The notes under the pieces were generated by a model. That model did not search any database and had not been told where the DNA came from. It worked only from the letters and a program-made list of their open reading frames with translations. The position numbers and the translations under genes are program-made. A DNA stretch of 61,100 nt, counting the filler, from Catajapyx aquilonaris (taxonomy: Eukaryota), in the NCBI GenBank assembly GCA_000934665.2. It is 2 parts of 2 records of this genome, joined end to end, with 100 filler letters (N's around TTAATTAATTAA, not from the genome) between each part and the next. Parts side by side here need not be neighbours in the genome. Positions count along the whole stretch, not along the records: positions 30,778 to 61,100 come from JYFJ02004651.1; 1 more part is not named here. One strand, given 5' to 3'. This document shows, in pieces, positions 60,437-61,100 of this stretch. How positions within the stretch are numbered: the first letter of the stretch is position 1; the number at the start of each line of letters is the position of its first letter.

Positions 60437-61100
60437 ATCACATGGGCTTCCTCCACCACCGGGCACTCCATATCACGGGCCGATGAGCATCGGTGCCATA
60501 CCCACTTTCACTGTTGCTGGCCCGGAACACGGTCTTTTGTTTCCTCCTCAAGGGTCTGTGGAGCTCTGGGCCGCAGCTTCCCCTTCCCGCGACTCATATT
60601 TTCGACCCTTGGCGCCGCCCACTCAAAGGGGGGGTTACACTGGCGCACAGCCAATGGGGATAGCCCCCGTGGTTCCTTCAGGGATTTTAGGCATATCTTG
60701 TAGACAAAGAGGTGTAAAAACAATGGGGCAATTAAAATAATCAAAGATCAAGTTCCTCCCCCCCCCCCTTTTTTTATGTGGTGTCAGCTGTTGGCGTGTC
60801 AGCTGGTGAAGATTCTAGGGGTCAAAGTGACTTCCGTTTCCCACCTGGAATGTATTGGATCAGGCCGACAGGTGCTGAGAATGTTCGATCAATTCCAACT
60901 GGACTTTTGCCCACATATTTTGCAGGTCGTGTGAAGGGGGTACTGATAATTTAAATATCGGACAGCACGTTGCAAAATCTATGTATAAATAGATCTTATC
61001 TATTACCAGCCAGACTATGAGCCAGACTGATTTTCCGTGTTTTTCTTAGTGTTTGGGACTGGCTTAGGATTCCCACGAGGTGGAGGATGGGGGTCCTCCT

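Overview
Eukaryotic genomic DNA, most likely from an arthropod (compact 50-60 nt GT-AG introns). No operons, rRNA or CRISPR arrays were found. From left to right: a tRNA-Glu-like cloverleaf with an abnormal anticodon loop (108-185); the last two coding exons and long 3' UTR of a PMEPA1/LDLRAD4-family TGF-beta regulator (+); a six-exon SHIPPO-repeat LEXM/CIMAP2-like axonemal gene (+) with two RFX X-boxes and nested DNA-transposon remnants in intron 1; a very large secreted protein (+, 17646-25878) with EAR/EPTP propeller repeats at both ends of a long phage-tail-fibre-like beta-repeat rod (Closca/Polehole-like candidate); a V-domain SINE; and an artificial assembly gap. After the gap come a tandem cluster of seven apparently intact carboxyl/cholinesterases (three + strand with RDEL/RDEL/KDEL ends, three - strand with GESVG and no ER-retention signal, one - strand with GQSAG and HDEL) and a five-exon GPR161-like GPCR (-). 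All gene models were spliced by eye, and family assignments rest on remembered motifs, not database searches.
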